DNA of 36,658 nt from the IMG/VR virus record IMGVR_UViG_3300031786_000022, positions 1 through 36,658 of that record; one strand, 5' to 3'. Both the position numbers and the translations under genes were made by a program. The stretch comes from a virus. Its lineage: Duplodnaviria; Caudoviricetes. Of the stretch, positions 8,474-16,247 are shown piece by piece. The notes beneath the pieces were generated by a model. The model was not told the DNA's origin, did no database searches, and saw only the letters and a list, made by a program, of their open reading frames with translations. Position 1 is the first letter of the stretch, and each line of letters begins with the position of its first letter.

Positions 8474-9206
8474 TTGATTTTCGGTGTTTAATCCAATTTT
8501 TGATGGTTAGAAAAGTTGATTTGTATTTGGTCGACAATGTCGGAACGTTTTCCATGGCTTCCAAAATGGTTGTGATTTCCGCCATCGAATGTTCGGCCAA
8601 AAGTTTTTCGGCCTGGTCATCGGTCAACGGTGATTTCATTTTTGAAACGGATGGAAAATTTTTTTGAATTTCGATTGTGACCGGGTGTGTAAATACAGAC
8701 ACGTTAGTGGATGTATTTATATTAGAAGATGAAGATGAAGATGAAGAGGTTGGAAAAAGGTTTTCGGGTGTGTTAACCTTTGGGTTAACCTTTGGGTTTT
8801 CCTTTTTTTTCAATTTCGGATTTCCGCCCAATTTGCCAATCTCGCGCCATTGTTGGCGTGTACGTTCATCATTGACCATTCGTTTTGAAAAATATCGTCC
8901 ATTTTCGTCCCTCTGAATGATTCCAAATGTGGTGAGTTCAATGAACACTTTTTGGAACGTTTTTGGATTCATTTTGGACAACTTTTGGATTCCATTTGCA
9001 TCCAAAACGACGTCGCCAAAAACCAAAAATCCTGGTTCATCGGACAAATACATGTGGCAAAGAATGTCCATCCAAACGCCTTTTGTCGCCGGTGAACAAA
9101 GATTCAATTTCGGGTCGGTCAACCAATCACCCGGATAAAATTGGAACGATGGCGACCGGTCACGGCCATTTGATTTTGGTTTGTTGTTGTTTGTCATGTG
9201 GTTCAA
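8394..9206 (-). CDS. Replication initiator / replisome organizer (lambda O-like architecture)
   Basis: N-terminal SPSFQFYPGDWLTD and GRYFSKRM domain, repeat and poly-Ser linker, C-terminal YKSTFLTIKNW domain. Confidence 0.75.
   Translation of the reverse strand: MNHMTNNNKPKSNGRDRSPSFQFYPGDWLTDPKLNLCSPATKGVWMDILCHMYLSDEPGFLVFGDVVLDANGIQKLSKMNPKTFQKVFIELTTFGIIQRDENGRYFSKRMVNDERTRQQWREIGKLGGNPKLKKKENPKVNPKVNTPENLFPTSSSSSSSSNINTSTNVSVFTHPVTIEIQKNFPSVSKMKSPLTDDQAEKLLAEHSMAEITTILEAMENVPTLSTKYKSTFLTIKNWIKHRKSNDNNNKHQPSGNRNPKPNFDDAISKF
8705..8812. repeat. Putative intragenic origin: tandem TTAACCTTTGGG x2, GAAGAT repeats and AT-rich patch
   Basis: 12-mers at 8773-8784 and 8785-8796 in the initiator linker. 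Confidence 0.5.
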
Positions 9207-9607
9207 TTTTGCAACGTATCAATCAACGCCAAAACGCGGTCATCAACTCGTTTGCGTTTTCCGGCAATTACGTTGTGGACAAACGTCAACGAAAATTCCG
9301 GATTCTGCCGGCAAAAGTTTTGAAGCGTTCCGAACCGTGTTTTCACGGCCTTTTCAACAAACATTCGTTGGTCGGTGTCAATACACCAAATGCACGGCAT
9401 CAATTCCGTTTCATGAATGGTTTGTTTTGCCTGGTTCAATATCGATTGGCTCCGGGGCGTTGACATCCGTCCATTGATGGCCGACGTCATCACATGGTAT
9501 TTGATTCCGGACGCCTGGCAAAAATTGCGGATTGTTTTGAATTTTCGTTTGATGGCCGTTGATACGTCCAACGGGTCCACAAATTGGTTTTCAATCATTG
9601 TTTTCAT
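9203..9607 (-). CDS. Tandem-HTH (Ner/Cro-like) regulator, 134 aa
   Basis: Internal duplication KRKFKTIRNFCQAS…SAINGR / KTRFGTLQNFCRQN…NVIAGK. Confidence 0.6.
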   Translation of the reverse strand: MKTMIENQFVDPLDVSTAIKRKFKTIRNFCQASGIKYHVMTSAINGRMSTPRSQSILNQAKQTIHETELMPCIWCIDTDQRMFVEKAVKTRFGTLQNFCRQNPEFSLTFVHNVIAGKRKRVDDRVLALIDTLQN

Positions 9608-9704
9608 CGCGATTGTATTTTTTATATTTTGATGTCTGAATGATGGCGTCAATTGTCCCAATTAGGCCAACCGTCACCAATGCAAATGGAATCCATTCCA
9701 TCAT
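9591..9704 (-). CDS. 37-aa single-TM peptide (MMEWIPFALVTVGLIGTIDAIIQTSKYKKYNRDENND)
   Basis: ATGA overlap with the bet stop; fills the gap; not in the ORF track. Confidence 0.55.
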   Translation of the reverse strand: MMEWIPFALVTVGLIGTIDAIIQTSKYKKYNRDENND

Positions 9705-10636
9705 TTTTCAAATAAGTCAGTTTGAACGCCTCCATTGATTTGTTCCAACCTGGTCATGGCGGCGTCCATCACATCCGGGTTGGTGTTGTCGATTGTCAAT
9801 TCCAAAATCATTTCGGTTGTTTCTGCCGTCATGATTTGGTCAATCAAATGTTCGATGGAATTTTCATCGGACGAATTGGCGGCGCCCGGTGTGGGCGCCT
9901 CCAATGTTTTTTTCCGGTCCGTCATTGCGGTTTTGAACACGGGGTTTCCATGATGCTCCGGATGTTTTTTCCAAATGTCAATCAAATCGGATTTCGATTT
10001 CGCGGCCTCAATTTGGGCAATCAACACGTCCACATTGATGACGGGTTTTTGTTCCAATGGTTGTTTGGTCGCCTGGTTGTTTGTCTGAATGGTTTCGGCC
10101 TCCATTGCGTTCAATTCTTCGGCCGTGTACGGCATGCCGCCCAATTCATCCGAAAAACAAAGTCGGAACCCTTGGGCCATGGCCACTTTTTTGGTCATGG
10201 TCACCGGTTTGTTTTTCCAAAAGTCGGTCAACGTTCCATCGCGACGGGTTCCATAATATTCCGAAAAATGGACTTCATGGACAAACGGAAATTGGAAATC
10301 CTTCCGGTGAATCGTAATGGTCGCAACCAATGTCGATTCCTTTGGTTTCTGCATATTAACCGAACCGGTCGTCACAACGGACCAACCGGCCAAAAGTCCC
10401 GAACGTTCCGCGCGTTTGATGTATGTTTCATAACCGACGATAACCGAAAATTTGTCGCCATACTTGTTGGCATAAATTTCCCGTTTGAACGGATTCAGTC
10501 CGAACCCTTGAGCGATTTCAACGAATTGTTCAAATTCACCTTTGGTCAAATTGTTCGCCATGCCCATGGCGTTCAAATACGTTTGGAGTTTGGCCACATC
10601 AATTGTGTGGACGCGATTTTTTGCGATTTCGTTCAT
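9701..10636 (-). CDS. bet: Red-beta/RecT-family single-strand annealing recombinase
   Basis: GLNPFKREIY, WKNKPVTMTKKVAMAQGFRLCF, GGMPYTAEE motifs. Confidence 0.9.
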   Translation of the reverse strand: MNEIAKNRVHTIDVAKLQTYLNAMGMANNLTKGEFEQFVEIAQGFGLNPFKREIYANKYGDKFSVIVGYETYIKRAERSGLLAGWSVVTTGSVNMQKPKESTLVATITIHRKDFQFPFVHEVHFSEYYGTRRDGTLTDFWKNKPVTMTKKVAMAQGFRLCFSDELGGMPYTAEELNAMEAETIQTNNQATKQPLEQKPVINVDVLIAQIEAAKSKSDLIDIWKKHPEHHGNPVFKTAMTDRKKTLEAPTPGAANSSDENSIEHLIDQIMTAETTEMILELTIDNTNPDVMDAAMTRLEQINGGVQTDLFEK

Positions 10637-10658
10637 GTTGTTGTTGTTTTGATTTCTG

Positions 10659-10688
10659 CAAATATACTTCAAAAAATCACTTTGCCAA
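10659..10688 (-). promoter_or_regulatory. Bacteroidota sigma-70 promoter for bet
   Basis: TTG-N19-TATATTTG. Confidence 0.75.
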
Positions 10689-11180
10689 TGTGATTTCAAC
10701 CGTTGTTTTTGAACTTTTGATGGCCGGATTCATGACGTTGATTTCACCGGTTGATTCATCCAACATGGACATTGGTTTGGTCAATCCTTTCAATTGGCTT
10801 TCTAATGCCTTTTGAGCGGTTTTGACGGATTCAATTTCCGCCTCCATTTGATTCCACATTGGCGTTTGACTGAAATCGTATTTGACGGCGGTTTCCTTTT
10901 GTTTGAACGTCACGCCAAAACGGGTGACGCCGGTTTTGGCCTCCGGACCGTACAATTCCAATTCGTCAACGGCGGCGCTCCGGTACGATGTTTTGACCTG
11001 GTCAATGATTTGGGACAAAAATTCCAACCGGGCCAACGCGGTCAATGTGTCGACATGGCCTTCGGTGTTCAATTCAATCAATTTGGCGGCGAATTCTGCA
11101 ACCTTTGTTTTAGTCAAATTTTCGACGGCGTTGACTTCTGCCAAAAAATTGTCGGTGTTGTTTTGATGAATGTTGTTCAT
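10677..11180 (-). CDS. Hypothetical coiled-coil protein of the recombination module, 167 aa
   Basis: Upstream of bet; KYDFS and DESTGEI motifs. Confidence 0.7.
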   Translation of the reverse strand: MNNIHQNNTDNFLAEVNAVENLTKTKVAEFAAKLIELNTEGHVDTLTALARLEFLSQIIDQVKTSYRSAAVDELELYGPEAKTGVTRFGVTFKQKETAVKYDFSQTPMWNQMEAEIESVKTAQKALESQLKGLTKPMSMLDESTGEINVMNPAIKSSKTTVEITLAK

Positions 11181-11192
11181 GATGCTGAATTT

Positions 11193-11531
11193 TTAAATGA
11201 TGTTTTTGGCGGCCATTTTTGCGTTTATACAATCAACAACGGATTGGCCAATTGAACCGACGTTGATTGATTTGATGAATGGAATGATTTCGGAAATCGG
11301 AAACATTTTGATGTCGGCCATCGTAATGGTTCGGCCCAATGGCAAACCATGATTGTAATGATGAACCAAAAATTTCAATTCAAAATCCGTCAAACAATCC
11401 ACAAATGAAACAAACAACATCAATTCCGTTGTATCTTCGGACCGTTGTTGTTGTCCATAGTGGTTTGGACATTTTGATAAGTCGCCGGGGCCATTCGCCC
11501 CGGCGTTTGTTTTGCGCGTGTTTGTCTTCAT
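11193..11531 (-). CDS. Hypothetical protein (start uncertain)
   Basis: ATGA overlap at 11531; could start later (MLFVSF). Confidence 0.5.
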   Translation of the reverse strand: MKTNTRKTNAGANGPGDLSKCPNHYGQQQRSEDTTELMLFVSFVDCLTDFELKFLVHHYNHGLPLGRTITMADIKMFPISEIIPFIKSINVGSIGQSVVDCINAKMAAKNII

Positions 11532-12028
11532 GCCATGAATGTTTGAATTCGACAAACGTTTTCGATTTGGCGGAATGCTGAATCCATCGAATTGAATTCC
11601 ATTGAACAATACAATTGGAATTGTTGTCCGGTCCTTTGAATGATGAACATCCGGTTTTCAAATTGCCAAAACTCCATGTGAACGTCATCATTGATGGCAA
11701 CCAGGCGGGCGCCCAATTGATACAATTTTCCTTTGACGCGGTCGATGTTGGCGATATCGTTTTCCTGAATCCGGGAAAACGTTTTTTCGGCGGTCAACTC
11801 AATTCGGACATCGTCCAAAATATTTCCGGCGGCCATGACCATGAATTCACCGGTGGCGTTTTCGTCTGCCAACCACAAATTGAATCCGTCATCGTAAAAA
11901 TGACAATCGTTGATGTTGTGGGCGTCCATGTGTTCGCGGAAATGCGACATGGCGGTTTTGGGTTCGCTGAATTCCAATGTGCGGAATCCGCCGCCATTTT
12001 TCATGTTGTAAATTGTGATTTTGAACAT
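11528..12028 (-). CDS. Hypothetical early protein, 166 aa
   Basis: A-rich leader before MFKITIYN. Confidence 0.7.
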   Translation of the reverse strand: MFKITIYNMKNGGGFRTLEFSEPKTAMSHFREHMDAHNINDCHFYDDGFNLWLADENATGEFMVMAAGNILDDVRIELTAEKTFSRIQENDIANIDRVKGKLYQLGARLVAINDDVHMEFWQFENRMFIIQRTGQQFQLYCSMEFNSMDSAFRQIENVCRIQTFMA

Positions 12029-12087
12029 TTGATTTGATTTTTGATTGTTGTTGTTCCGCGTTATGGATGCGACGGCCCCCGTGTTTT

Positions 12088-12315
12088 TTATCTTAGTGTG
12101 ATTCCCTTTGGTATCCATTGCATCGGATAAACACGATAGCCAATGTGTAATTCATCCAACGAACCGCCCATGTTGCAATTGTCACAATATGCGATGGCGT
12201 CTAATTGTGAGTGAAATCCGGCAATGGTTTCGTTCTTCATGTTGGCGAACAATTTGGCGTTTTTGGTAGCGACGTAAACAACGGCCCAACCAATGATTTG
12301 TGATGTCTGATTCAT
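12088..12315 (-). CDS. Hypothetical early protein, 75 aa
   Basis: First ATG after the promoter at 12337; A-rich leader. Confidence 0.65.
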   Translation of the reverse strand: MNQTSQIIGWAVVYVATKNAKLFANMKNETIAGFHSQLDAIAYCDNCNMGGSLDELHIGYRVYPMQWIPKGITLR

Positions 12316-12332
12316 ATTGTTGTTGTTTTGTG

Positions 12333-12379
12333 TTGGCAAATATACACGCGTTTTTCGTTTCCACAAATATTTTTGAAAA
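12333..12379 (-). promoter_or_regulatory. Early promoter, repeat copy 2
   Basis: TTG-N19-TATATTTG (12337-12366); 42/47 identical to 13080-13126. Confidence 0.85.
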
Positions 12380-12406
12380 AAGTTTTTCAACACGGGCATG
12401 TTGGGC

Positions 12407-12434
12407 AAAAAAAAAACCGGGCCATCGCCCGGTT
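12407..12434 (-). terminator. Intrinsic terminator
   Basis: AACCGGGC-gatg-GCCCGGTT running into a U10 tract on the minus strand. Confidence 0.85.
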
Positions 12435-12439
12435 GATTT

Positions 12440-12736
12440 TTATTTTTCTTCAATCAAAAATTGTCTGCCAACTTTCTTCGCGCATTCCGAACCAATCGGA
12501 AAACAACCCTGTGATTCCAGGTTTCGAAATTGCAATTCCGTTTCGTCGATGTCGGCCGGAATCAAATACCCTTCGACCGTGTAATGAACGAAAGTTTTTT
12601 GGGCGGTTCGTTTTCCGCAAACGAAACATGTGTTGGAATGTTCGCCCAAACGTTCGACGGTGTCTTCATACTTTGACGAACGGATTGATTCCAGGTTGAT
12701 GACTTCGATTCCGTTGTGGTTGATTGTGTTTTTCAT
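12440..12736 (-). CDS. Putative zinc-binding early protein, 98 aa
   Basis: CFVCGK and FPIGSECAKK motifs. Confidence 0.65.
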   Translation of the reverse strand: MKNTINHNGIEVINLESIRSSKYEDTVERLGEHSNTCFVCGKRTAQKTFVHYTVEGYLIPADIDETELQFRNLESQGCFPIGSECAKKVGRQFLIEEK

Positions 12737-12815
12737 GTGGTTGTTGTTTTTGTGGCGTTTGCCTGGTTGATGTTGTAATGAATACGCGTTGACCGGTCGC
12801 GCCCCCGGCCATTGT

Positions 12816-13049
12816 TTATCGGTAACGAAAAAAATGTTGAATTTGAGAATGTTGAATTTGTTTTCCGCCTTCCATAGGTTTACCGTACATCCAATAATCT
12901 TCGCGGTCTGCTTTGATGTACATAATTTTTGACTCATAACCTAATTCCATCGGAACCAATTTGTAGCAATAAAAGCCGCGACAATCTGAATTCAAAAGTT
13001 CCATTTCGTGACTAACTCCATGAACTGAAATACAATAAACTTTTTTCAT
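12816..13049 (-). CDS. Hypothetical early protein, 77 aa
   Basis: First ATG after the promoter at 13084. Confidence 0.6.
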   Translation of the reverse strand: MKKVYCISVHGVSHEMELLNSDCRGFYCYKLVPMELGYESKIMYIKADREDYWMYGKPMEGGKQIQHSQIQHFFRYR

Positions 13050-13079
13050 TTGGTTTCTTTTTTAATTGTTGTGTTTTGT

Positions 13080-13126
13080 TTGGCAAATATACATGAACTT
13101 TTCGTTTCAACAAATATTTTTGAAAA
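13080..13126 (-). promoter_or_regulatory. Early promoter, repeat copy 1
   Basis: TTG-N19-TATATTTG (13084-13113) with AT-rich upstream sequence. Confidence 0.85.
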
Positions 13127-13143
13127 TATTTTTTTGACGCAAG

Positions 13144-13168
13144 AAAAAACCCGGACGTTTCCGGGTTT
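13144..13168 (-). terminator. Terminator ending the late operon
   Basis: AAACCCGGA-aacg-TCCGGGTTTTTT. Confidence 0.85.
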
Positions 13169-13208
13169 CAACAAGTAACCAAAACATAACAACAAACACG
13201 GGCCGATG

Positions 13209-13634
13209 TCACCCGTTCACAATGGGTTCCAATATTGAAACGGTCACATGTGCAATCGCGGCGGATGGCAATATCAACCACAACGTCAATCCGGTGTGGT
13301 AAACTGCCAACGCGTAAATGGCAAACGCAACCCATGTATTCATGCAATACAAACAACCGCCCATTGGTTTATACATGAACCGGAATGGATTTTTTGGGTT
13401 GTTCATCACTCGTTCCAAAAACCAGGTCCAAAAACCGAATATTTGGCCCGGCTGAATGATGAAATCAATGAATATCGTCATGGCTCCGGCTCCAATGCCA
13501 ACCAGGCCCGCCAACATCACCGATTTGAACATGTCGCCATGTTCGGTGAATATTGCCAAACCCAAACCGGTCATGATTCCCAATCCAAACCCGGTCAATT
13601 CATTCAATGTTTTTCGGATTTTTTCCATCAACAA
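13209..13634 (-). CDS. Four-TM membrane protein with CxxC (GGCLYCMNTW), DUF1360-like
   Basis: Four hydrophobic segments; CxxCxxxW at the start of TM3; family call from motif resemblance only. Confidence 0.65.
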   Translation of the reverse strand: MLMEKIRKTLNELTGFGLGIMTGLGLAIFTEHGDMFKSVMLAGLVGIGAGAMTIFIDFIIQPGQIFGFWTWFLERVMNNPKNPFRFMYKPMGGCLYCMNTWVAFAIYALAVYHTGLTLWLILPSAAIAHVTVSILEPIVNG

Positions 13635-13936
13635 ACCGGTGTTATTCCATCAACGGTCCATGAACACGCGCCATCAGATGTGGTGAAATAATAAAATCCG
13701 GAAACGGCCGCGCAATCCGGAACCTGAATTTTGATGGTTGTGGTTCCATTCTCGTTGAACGTCATTGGTAAAACCAACGGGTCATCCTTAATCAATGGAA
13801 CGGTGATGGTTGTATATGTTCCATTTGCGCCCCAAATTTCGAAAACGTAATTGTCCGAACATGGCGCTTTCAAACCAAAATCAATGGTTTGATTTGGCGC
13901 GAAACAACCAATGTGTTTTGAACATCCGCAATTCAT
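13628..13936 (-). CDS. Cys-rich beta-sandwich protein, probably virion, 102 aa
   Basis: 7 Cys; MNCGC start and C-terminal Cys. Confidence 0.7.
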   Translation of the reverse strand: MNCGCSKHIGCFAPNQTIDFGLKAPCSDNYVFEIWGANGTYTTITVPLIKDDPLVLPMTFNENGTTTIKIQVPDCAAVSGFYYFTTSDGACSWTVDGITPVC

Positions 13937-13953
13937 GTGATATCAATTTGGCT

Positions 13954-13961
13954 CAAAGATA
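13954..13961 (-). promoter_or_regulatory. -7 element TATCTTTG upstream of the last two late genes
   Basis: Consensus match in a 26-nt gap; no -33 at canonical spacing. Confidence 0.45.
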
Positions 13962-13962
13962 A

Positions 13963-14529
13963 TCAACACGCCGGACCATCACATGGATTGTCACAATAAT
14001 TTTCCAACGCCATGTCGCGGTCGCCAACCAAATCGAAATCAAAGGCCACAAACGTCAAATGTTTGTCGAACGGGCGGCCTTTTTTCTGCGGCGATTCTTC
14101 GATGGCCACCGTGACGGGGTCAATGGTCGATTCAACCGGAATGATGGAAACGTTGGCAAATGTGGCGGTCGATGGCAGATTCGCGTTGACAACGGCGCCG
14201 CGCAATTGTTCTTCAAACATCCAGGGTTCCGCCCCTCGCAGACATGCAACAACTCGCAATTGATATCGGATTTGGAAAAACGATTGGATTCCGGCGAATT
14301 TCTTTGTGGTTGATGGCGATTGATATTCGATTTTTCCGCCATTTCGAAATCGGATGTAAAACCATGCGGAATCCTGGTCATGGATTCCGGCGAATTGATA
14401 TTCGTTCGAATTGGCGTCACGAATCAACACGCGTCCGTCATCGTCGATTTTGGCCAAATACACCGATTTGGTCAATGATGGAATCGCCGAATGGATGGAT
14501 TCGGCAATTTTACAAATCAAATGTTCCAT
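13963..14529 (-). CDS. Putative tail terminator / neck protein
   Basis: Size, position after the morphogenesis gene, alpha/beta pattern; ends YCDNPCDGPAC. Confidence 0.5.
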   Translation of the reverse strand: MEHLICKIAESIHSAIPSLTKSVYLAKIDDDGRVLIRDANSNEYQFAGIHDQDSAWFYIRFRNGGKIEYQSPSTTKKFAGIQSFFQIRYQLRVVACLRGAEPWMFEEQLRGAVVNANLPSTATFANVSIIPVESTIDPVTVAIEESPQKKGRPFDKHLTFVAFDFDLVGDRDMALENYCDNPCDGPAC

Positions 14530-14532
14530 GAA

Positions 14533-14973
14533 TCAAAAATACGACAACACCCGTTCGGATATTAGGTCGGACAAATAATTTTCGACGTCCTGTCGTTCTC
14601 CGGCGGTTGGAATGAAGATTGGTTTTTTTCTGCGTGATTCCTGTCCTTTTGCTTTGACATAATCGGTCGAATTGGTGATGGCCAAAAACACTTCGTCACC
14701 ACTTTTAACGACTTGAATTGAATCGCGCAATGAACCCGTGAATTCCAAATCAACGGCCCCCGTTTGACGGCCGTTTTCGGTCCTTTTATCAATCCATGAT
14801 TTGGATTTGTATTTTCCAATTTTTCCGCCGTTGGCGTCGCCGCCCTGGTTGAAAATGCGTTGTTTCATTTCACCCTCCAAAAGTTTTCCGCCCAACAACA
14901 AAAGATTCGGAACGTCACGTTCGACATTGGCGACGGTTGTTTGGATTTTTCGGGCGAACTCTTGTGGACTCAT
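14533..14973 (-). CDS. Virion morphogenesis / tail completion protein (HK97 gp10-like)
   Basis: VDLEFTGSLRDSI motif. Confidence 0.7.
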   Translation of the reverse strand: MSPQEFARKIQTTVANVERDVPNLLLLGGKLLEGEMKQRIFNQGGDANGGKIGKYKSKSWIDKRTENGRQTGAVDLEFTGSLRDSIQVVKSGDEVFLAITNSTDYVKAKGQESRRKKPIFIPTAGERQDVENYLSDLISERVLSYF

Positions 14974-15386
14974 TTGAACATTTTATGAATTGTGAACATG
15001 GCTAATATAAGAACAATAATGGACGGAACCAACCACAACCAACGTTTCGTTTCTTCATTGACAACAATGGTCCGAACGGTTTCGGTGTGGTAATTTTCCA
15101 CGCGGACGGTGTCCGATGGACATTTGGTTTCAACGAATATCGAATCGCCCGGCAACCATTGAATCATGGTTTCAATCCTGGTTTCATGGTCGCGGATGAA
15201 CACGGTGTCACGGCCATCAAACGCAACAACGGTGTCCATCCGGGCGCCGTTGATGTGAATCACGGTGTCTTTGACCATTGTGGTCGTCCATTCCTTTTCA
15301 ATCCAACATGGATATTTTGAAACGTGACGTTGGCATGATGTCGCCATGACTGCGGCGATTGCAATTCCGAAAATTGTTTTTTTCAT
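14970..15386 (-). CDS. Unimolecular spanin
   Basis: Lipoprotein signal (MKK…MATS-C), beta-rich middle, C-terminal TM; follows the holin. Confidence 0.75.
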   Translation of the reverse strand: MKKTIFGIAIAAVMATSCQRHVSKYPCWIEKEWTTTMVKDTVIHINGARMDTVVAFDGRDTVFIRDHETRIETMIQWLPGDSIFVETKCPSDTVRVENYHTETVRTIVVNEETKRWLWLVPSIIVLILAMFTIHKMFK

Positions 15387-15814
15387 TGTTTGGCCTCCAA
15401 ATAGTCGTTTTTGTAGTTGTCAATTTTGTCCGTTATCATGCGGGCAAATCCTTTTTTTATCCAACCCAACAACGCCAAATTTTTCACCAATGACATCAAA
15501 TTGACAATGACAATCGGAACGAACACGGCTTCATTCAGCCAAAAAAGAACGTCCGCCCCTTTGGACAAATTCGTTGAAAACATCAACAAGGCCGTATGTG
15601 ATAACAGGGTCCAAAATATCCGGAGCGCAATCCGGGTGTCAAAACGATTGTGTTTGAACGCCAAATATGTGGCCGACAAATGGTCGGCGGCAATCAATCC
15701 AACCAGGGTGAAATAAGAAATTGACGGGTCGAAAATCCAATCCGAAACAAACGCGGAAATGGCGCCGGCGGTGATTCCGCCGAAAATTGTAAAAATGACC
15801 ATTGGCGATTTCAT
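15383..15814 (-). CDS. Holin (phage holin 4 / Cph1-like)
   Basis: 3-4 TM segments, LIAADHLSA and LMSLVKNLALLG motifs, charged tail. Confidence 0.8.
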   Translation of the reverse strand: MKSPMVIFTIFGGITAGAISAFVSDWIFDPSISYFTLVGLIAADHLSATYLAFKHNRFDTRIALRIFWTLLSHTALLMFSTNLSKGADVLFWLNEAVFVPIVIVNLMSLVKNLALLGWIKKGFARMITDKIDNYKNDYLEAKQ

Positions 15815-15885
15815 TTTTTATTTGTACATGTTCCGGGTGGCGGTTCATGTACGTCGCCAATGGTTCGTTTGTTACATGACCAACG

Positions 15886-15975
15886 TCAATATTTGGGACG
15901 CGGACGCGATGTGGTCGGTCTGCTAACGGGACGCGACGTCGATGGTCGCGATGGTTTGTTGCAATTGCATTTCAT
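15886..15975 (-). CDS. 29-aa basic peptide MKCNCNKPSRPSTSRPVSRPTTSRPRPKY
   Basis: ATGA overlap with the upstream stop; CxC N-terminus and four SRP units; not in the ORF track. Confidence 0.65.
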   Translation of the reverse strand: MKCNCNKPSRPSTSRPVSRPTTSRPRPKY

Positions 15976-16247
15976 GATTTCAGTTTTTTATTATTCATGA
16001 TTTGTTCACCATTTGCGCCGTTGAATCCGGAATACCATTCAAGAGCCGCCAAAATCAATTGTGTTTTGGTGATTTCGTATTTTTTACAATACGTTTCCAA
16101 AAAATCTTTTGTTTCGGTTGTTACTCTAACTGCAACCAATTCTTTTTTTGGGTTTTCACTTTTGGCAAATCCGCGAACACCTTTAAATGCTCGTTTTTTT
16201 GATTTGGCCAATTGCGATTCTTTGATGTTGGGTGTCATTGTTTTCAT
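15972..16247 (-). CDS. Ribbon-helix-helix (CopG-like) DNA-binding protein
   Basis: LVAVRVTTETKDFLETYCKKYEITKTQLILAALE strand-helix-helix pattern. Confidence 0.7.
   Translation of the reverse strand: MKTMTPNIKESQLAKSKKRAFKGVRGFAKSENPKKELVAVRVTTETKDFLETYCKKYEITKTQLILAALEWYSGFNGANGEQIMNNKKLKS

Noticed and set aside
8725-8748. GAAGAT microsatellite as a phase-variation switch
   Set aside because: The 6-nt unit keeps the frame and encodes the poly-Ser linker typical of these initiators
9722-10693. Long + strand ORFs (323 aa here; also 21135-21839, 34041-34640 and many others)
   Set aside because: They are antisense shadows of well-supported minus-strand genes; scarcity of CTA/TTA codons on the coding strand removes TAG/TAA stops from the opposite strand
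11484-11504. GC hairpin GCCGGGG…CCCCGGC as a terminator
   Set aside because: No U-tract on the transcribed (minus) strand, and it probably lies within an ORF whose start is uncertain
12333-13126. CRISPR-like or att-site repeats
   Set aside because: Only two imperfect copies, about 750 bp apart, and both are fully explained as promoters
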